The position numbers were made by a program, and so were the translations under genes. Source: Centroscyllium fabricii (lineage: Eukaryota). Taken from it: a stretch of 64,000 nt of DNA. Under the pieces are notes generated by a model that was not told where the DNA came from, did no database searches, and saw nothing but the letters and a program-made list of their open reading frames with translations. Within the stretch, counting starts at the first letter, position 1, and each line of letters starts with the position of its first letter. This document shows, piece by piece, positions 58,672-64,000 of this stretch. The DNA is taken from contig JBNRSN020000008.1 in NCBI GenBank assembly GCA_051313645.2, positions 29,450,001-29,514,000 of the forward strand, read 5' to 3'.

Positions 58672-59073
58672 GGGCAGCACGGTGGCATAGTGGTTAGCAC
58701 TGTTGCCTCACAGCACTGGAGACCCGGGTTCAAATCCAGCCTCGGGTACTATCTGTGTGGAGTTTGCACATTCTCCCCGTGTCTGCGTGGGTTTCCTCCG
58801 GGTGCTCGGGTTTCCTCCCACAGTCCAAAGATGTGCGGGGTTAGGTTGATTGGCCAGGATAAATTGACCCTTAGTGTTCGGGGGATTGAATGTGTGGGGT
58901 TGCGGGGATTGGGTGGGATGTGTGTCGGTGCAGGCTCGGTGGGGATCGGGGGATGTGGGGAGAAGGCAGGGACAGGGTGCTGGGTTTGGATGATCAGCCG
59001 TGATCTCATTGAATGGTGGAGCAGGCTCGAAGGGCCGAATGGCCGACTCCTGCTCCTATCTTCTATGTTTCTA
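58672..59073 (+). mobile_element. Full-length shark V-SINE (HE1-like)
   Basis: GGGCAGCACGGTGGCATAGTGG (A box), GGTTCAAATCC (B box), V-domain GTGTGGAGTTTGCACATTCTCCCCGTG, CR1 tail. Confidence 0.92.
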
Positions 59074-59507
59074 TATTGCTGTTTGCGGGAGCTTGCTGTG
59101 CGCAAATTGGCTGCCGTGTTTTCTACATTACAACAGTGACTACATTTCAAAAGTACTCCTTCATTGGCTTTAATGCACTTTGGGATGTCCTGAGGATGTG
59201 AAAGGTGCTATAGAAATGTAGGTTTGCTTCTTTACTTCATCACTGCATTTCTCAGTACCGCTCTGAAGTGTCAGCCTTATGTGCTCTCGGCCTGGATTAG
59301 ACATTGAGCGTTCAACCGTCTGAAAATAAATCATGAGGCACCATTTATCATTCGGATAACTCTAGATACTGTATGTGCTTTTAAAATAAATGTTGTGAAC
59401 CTGAAGCATAATAGACGATCATTTTGTGGAGAGAGGAACAGAGTTGTCGTTTCAGGTCAATGACCCTTCGTCAGAACTGGAAAAAGTTAGAGATGGAACA
59501 GGTTTTA

Positions 59508-60227
59508 TGCCCTAGTTTCACTGGAGGCTACGAATTCCCGAATCGTGCCGATTTTTAAATTTGGCCGATTCGTGGGTCATTCTTGCAATTCGTAGTGGAT
59601 TCGTAGTGGATTCGTAGTGGAATCGTAGAGTTCGCGGTAGTTCGCGGGAGTTCTTTTACTTTTAAGGAAAGTTTTTGTTTGTCAAAAAATTTCGTAGGAG
59701 GGTTCACGAATTTTCAATTCGTGATAGATTCGTAAACAATTCGTGACCCATTATTACCGTTCGTGACCCTTTCTTACCGTTCGTAACTGATTCGTAGTGG
59801 ATTCGTGGTGCATTCTTGACTATTCTTGGGCATTCTTGATTTTTTCAAAATCAAGAATGCACCACGAATGCACCACGAATGCACCACGATTGTCCACGAA
59901 TGTCCACGAATGCACTACGAATGCAATTCGTAGATAATTCGTAGCTAATTCGTAGAATTCGTAACTAATTCGTGGAGTTCGTAGTGGATTCTTAATTAAT
60001 TCTTGCAATTCGTGGTGGATTCGTGAGTGATTCGTACCTCATTCGTAAAATAATTCGTGATAGATTCGTAACCTTGTCCAGAATCGCCAAGAATTCACCA
60101 AGAATCGCCAAGATTCAACCAAGTTATTTTTCGCATTTCATGCAGAATCACCAAGAATCGCCAAGATTTCGATTCTGGACGATTCTTGGGATACTTGGCA
60201 TACTTAGCCTCCAGTGAAACTAGGGCA
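59508..60227. mobile_element. Harbinger-type MITE built of ATTCGT/ACGAAT short repeats, inserted in a Penelope pLTR
   Basis: Perfect TIR TGCCCTAGTTTCACTGGAGGCTA / TAGCCTCCAGTGAAACTAGGGCA, flanked by TTA and TAA. Confidence 0.88.
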
Positions 60228-60462
60228 TAAAGCAAGTGCAGGGGCAGGGAGGGAGGAGGGGAGGAAAGAACAAAAGGGAAGGTCCGTGATAGGGTAGAAG
60301 GCAGGAGAGATTAAATGACAAAAGGGATGATAGTCCAAAGCAAAAGGAGATGGTAACGGGACAAGTAAAGAAATAAAAGGTAAGTCAAGAAGAGGTGTAA
60401 ATGGGAATAGCAGAATCATCAACAGCTGCGTCCGAAAAAATAGGGTCAGAGGGGAAAACTAT

Positions 60463-61218
60463 TGGCCCAGAAATTGCAGTGGGGCCTTTCATGCGGGTGC
60501 AGAGCTGCTTAACGCACTTTAATTGCCCATATTCACTTTTGATTTTTTGCACAGAGAAATTCCCGTCACCCCTGCCTGTCAGAGCTCCGTGCGAGTTCTG
60601 AAGGGCGTAATTACTGCGAAGTGGCTTTTCAGACCAGCGGATTGGCAGGGAGCCAATCAGTGGAAGGAATTCTCCGTTCAAAACTTCCACAGAGAAATCT
60701 GTGCGAGTTTTGAATGGAGAGATTCTCAAAAGACACTTAAACACAAAAATAAAATTTTACAAACACCACATTTTTTAAACATTACCCCAACTAACAAAAA
60801 TAATCTATTTTAAAGAAAAAATAAAAATTTGCAGATTTTTTTTTTAACTTCAAACAGGTCTAAAAAAATACTTACCTGTCTTTAAAGTTATCAACAATTA
60901 AAAACCTGAAAAATCAACAATTAAAATCAATAAAATATAAACTTACCAGATGAAAACGGGTGTTAACGACTGCTTTTTTCCACCGTTGATTTCTCTTCTC
61001 TTGGTCCGCTGAAAAATCAAAAAAAAACATCGGGATGTCTAGGCGGTCCTGTAGTGCGATGCTCCCTGCGATGGACCTTGCAGGGAGCAGTGACCCCCCA
61101 GCTGGGCGGCACAGGAAGTCCTGAAACGTGCGCACCAGCTCCTTCCTGTGGGTTTAAGCTCTGGTGCGCCCGCACCAGAGCTTAAACCCGATATGCGATA
61201 ACGGGAATTTCTGGGCCA
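60463..61218. mobile_element. Harbinger-like MITE
   Basis: TIRs TGGCCCAGAAATT / AATTTCTGGGCCA, related to 38991-39840. Confidence 0.72.
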
Positions 61219-61799
61219 TTATTTGGTTCTGATCTATAAATTAATAATAGGGATTTGTAATACATTCAAATATCCAGCAGGTGGTGCTTTTTGGGACATT
61301 ATTCTACGCAAAGAAAAAGCGATTTACGAAGCTTCCTTTATTTCTTCAGTTCACCGGGATTCCGAGCTTAGTTGCTTTGTAATTACTATTTGCCAAATAA
61401 AGAAATGCGGATCCCTCCCTCAATATAGATAAACTGCTTATTAATTAAGTTCTAACAACATTCATTGAAAATTTCATTTGAACAGTAATTTATTTTTCTT
61501 ATAGATTTCCCCAGGCTGCATTGTGACTGCATTTCCAGCTCACCAATACTTCCCAGCTGTGCCTCGAGACCCTTTCTAAGTCATCTTCAGCAGTGGTTTT
61601 CCACTTGCTCAGTACAAGTTGGGCCTGTTTTTACAAGGGAAACCAGCACAGCTTATAAGGGTGAACAATTCTGCCTTGATTTGTGCCTTTAAAAGCCCCG
61701 TTATTTTTTTTGACAGCCATTTATACTATAAGTAGTATAAATAACGACTATAACTAAAGGAAGACCCAGGAATCAAGCGCTGGTTACTATCAGCAGTAA

Positions 61800-62899
61800 C
61801 ATAGAAACATAGAAACATAGAAGGTAGGAGCAGGAGTAGGCCATTCGGCCCTTCGAGCCTGCTCTGCCATTTAACGAGATCATGGCTGATCTTACAAGTT
61901 CAGTACCCCGTCCCTGCCTTCTCCCCATATCCCTTAATCCCTTTAGCCTGAAGAAATATATCCAGTTCCCTCTTGAATATATTCAATGAACCGTCCTCCA
62001 CCGCCCTCTGTGGCAAAGAATTCCACAGGTTCACCACTCTCTGTGTGAAGAATTTCCTCCTCATCTCAGTCCCAAATGGCTTACCCCTTATCCTTAGACT
62101 ATGCCCCCTGGTTCTGGACTCCCCGCCATCGGAAACATCCTTTCTGCATCTAACCTGTCCAGACCTGACAGAATTTTATAAGTCTCAATGAGATCCCCTC
62201 TTAATCTTCTAAACTCCAGCGAGTATAAGCCCAGACTACACAATCTCTCCTCATAAGTCATTCCTGCCATCCCAGGTAACAGCCTGGTGAATCGTCGCTG
62301 CATTCCCTCCATGGCAAGAACGTCCTTCCTCAGATGAGGCGACCAAAACTGCACACAATACTCAAGGTGCGGCCTCACCAAGGCCCTGTACAGCTGCAGC
62401 AAGACATCCCTATTCCTATACTCAAACCCTCTTGATAGAAAGGCCAACATACCATTTGCCTTTTTAACCGCCTGCTGCACCTGCATGCTCACCTTCAGTG
62501 ACTGGTGCACAAGAACACCCAGATCTCTTTGCATTTCCCCATCTCCCAATCTATTGCCGTTCAAATAATAATCTGCCTTTCTGTTTTTGCTACCAAAGTG
62601 GATAACCTCACATTTATCCACATTATAGTGCATTTGCCATGTATTCGCCCAATCCCCCAATCTGTCCAAATCGTACTGGAGCTTCCTGACATCCTCCTCA
62701 GAGCATACTCCCCCTCCTAGCTTAGTGTCGTCTGCGAATTTGGAGATGTTACATCCAATTCCCTCATCCAGGTCATTAATATATATTGTGAACAGCTGGG
62801 GTCCCAGTACAGACCCCTGCGGTACCCCACTAGTCACTGCCCGCCAATCAGAAAACGACCCGTTTATCCCAACTCCCTGTTTTCTATCTGCCAACCAGT
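61800..62899 (-). mobile_element. CR1 LINE 3' 1.1 kb (young, RT nearly open)
   Basis: VTSGVPQGSVLGPQLFTIYINDLD, SKFADDTKL, LEYCVQFWSP; tail shared with the V-SINEs. Confidence 0.94.
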
Positions 62900-63596
62900 A
62901 ATGATCTGTTGTATCGTACACAGTCTGCCATACGTGCACTTGTTCAGCCATTGCTGCCCCTTGCCTTTAGTGCTCCTAGCAGAGTTACAAAGCACGGCAC
63001 ATGACGTTAATGCTCAGCGCAGAACTATTGTTCAAATAGATTTTTAAAATGTCCTTCGGTGCAGTTTAAAAAAAAACCAATTCATCTTGATTAAAATTGC
63101 ATTTGGTCCTGTTGCTTCACCGACTTCAAATCAGACGTTGACAATCGCTTGGGATCTGTCTGATGAATAATATTCTTCTCATAATCCTCCTGCAAATCCT
63201 TTCTATTCACAGAATGTCTCTTATCCCTTTGCTATTGCTTTGTCTCTATTATGTGAGCTCTGTTCCTGTTTCATTCTTCTGTTTCCGGACAGAGAAGCTT
63301 CTGTGCTTCAGAACGTACATTGCCCTTGATATTCCTTGTCATGCAATGCTGCATTTCACAAGAATATTCAACTTTCACCTCATCAGGAGCAGAAAAGATC
63401 TTTAAATTCTCGTCATATAACCATGAAATAATGAGGTGCACTTATATTCTTATCTTTCAAGTGTAAGCTCACATAGAATGAAACGGAATCATCGAACGAT
63501 ACAGCCCAGAAGGAGGCCATTTGCCCAACTAGCCTGTATATAGCCAGGTATTTGTTGTATGGCACATACTTCATTGTACTTGTGATGTGGAGAAGC

Positions 63597-64000
63597 CCCA
63601 GCTTTTGTCGTGACACTACAGACTTCTTACAAAAACTCAGCACCCACGGACCAGTCGAACCAGGAACACTCCTTGCCACGACGGACATCTCGGCACTCTA
63701 CACCAGTATCCCCCACGATGACGGCATCGCTGCGACAGCTTCAGTACTCAACACCAACGACAGCCAATCTCCAGACATCATCCTACAACTCATCCGCTTC
63801 ATCCTTGACCACAATGTTTTCACCTTTGACAACAATTTTTTTACCCAAACACACGGAACAGCCATGGGGACCAAATTCGCACCCCAATATGCCAACATCT
63901 TCATGCACAAGTTCGAGCAAGACTTCTTCGCTACACAGTACCTCCAACTAACGCTATACACCAGATACATCGACGACATTTTCCTCCTGTGGACCCACGG
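63597..64000 (+). mobile_element. Penelope-like reverse transcriptase fragment running off the window
   Basis: RDTTDFLQKL...DISALYTSIPH...QTHGTAMGTKFAPQYANIFM...YTRYIDDIFLLWTHG. Confidence 0.92.

Larger units (their letters stand above)
57967..59235 (+). mobile_element. Older tRNA-headed DeuSINE (SacSINE1/AmnSINE1-like) interrupted by two V-SINEs
   Basis: Head GTGGCTCAGTGGGTAGCAC; body GCTTGCTGTGCGCAAATTGGCTGCC...ACATTACAACAGTGACTACA; family assignment from recall. Confidence 0.7.

Noticed and set aside
58672-58745. tRNA gene
   Set aside because: tRNA-derived SINE head continuing directly into the V-domain and CR1 tail; many copies in the window.

Overview
Eukaryotic vertebrate genomic DNA, almost certainly a cartilaginous fish (shark-type V-SINE/CR1 pairs, DeuSINE, Penelope and Harbinger families). 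The window is intronic territory of a contactin-associated protein gene (CNTNAP5/4-like) on the minus strand, with three intact GT-AG exons (107, 120, 201 bp; EGF and fibrinogen-like domains). The rest is mostly nested transposons. (1) A young 13.9-kb LTR element (9366-23221) has a retrovirus-type pol (RT, dead RNase H tether, second RNase H, IN) but no env, 1.76-kb LTRs, a tRNA-Arg PBS overlapping the gag ATG, and an in-frame CAA-UGA-CUA gag/pol junction. Its 3' LTR hosts a TRIM-like non-autonomous LTR element. (2) A chimeric tandem Gypsy (41316-50542) has a YLDN RT motif and no tRNA PBS. Instead, a 13-nt segment next to the LTR is perfectly complementary to the LTR's own poly(A)-signal region, with compensatory changes between two subfamilies; this candidate tRNA-independent priming system is the best new-biology candidate. 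(3) Several fold-back Penelope insertions carry minimal hammerhead ribozymes. Solo LTRs, MITEs, SINEs and CR1/L2 fragments fill the remainder. All calls are by eye; no database searches were run, and coordinates of degraded repeats are approximate.
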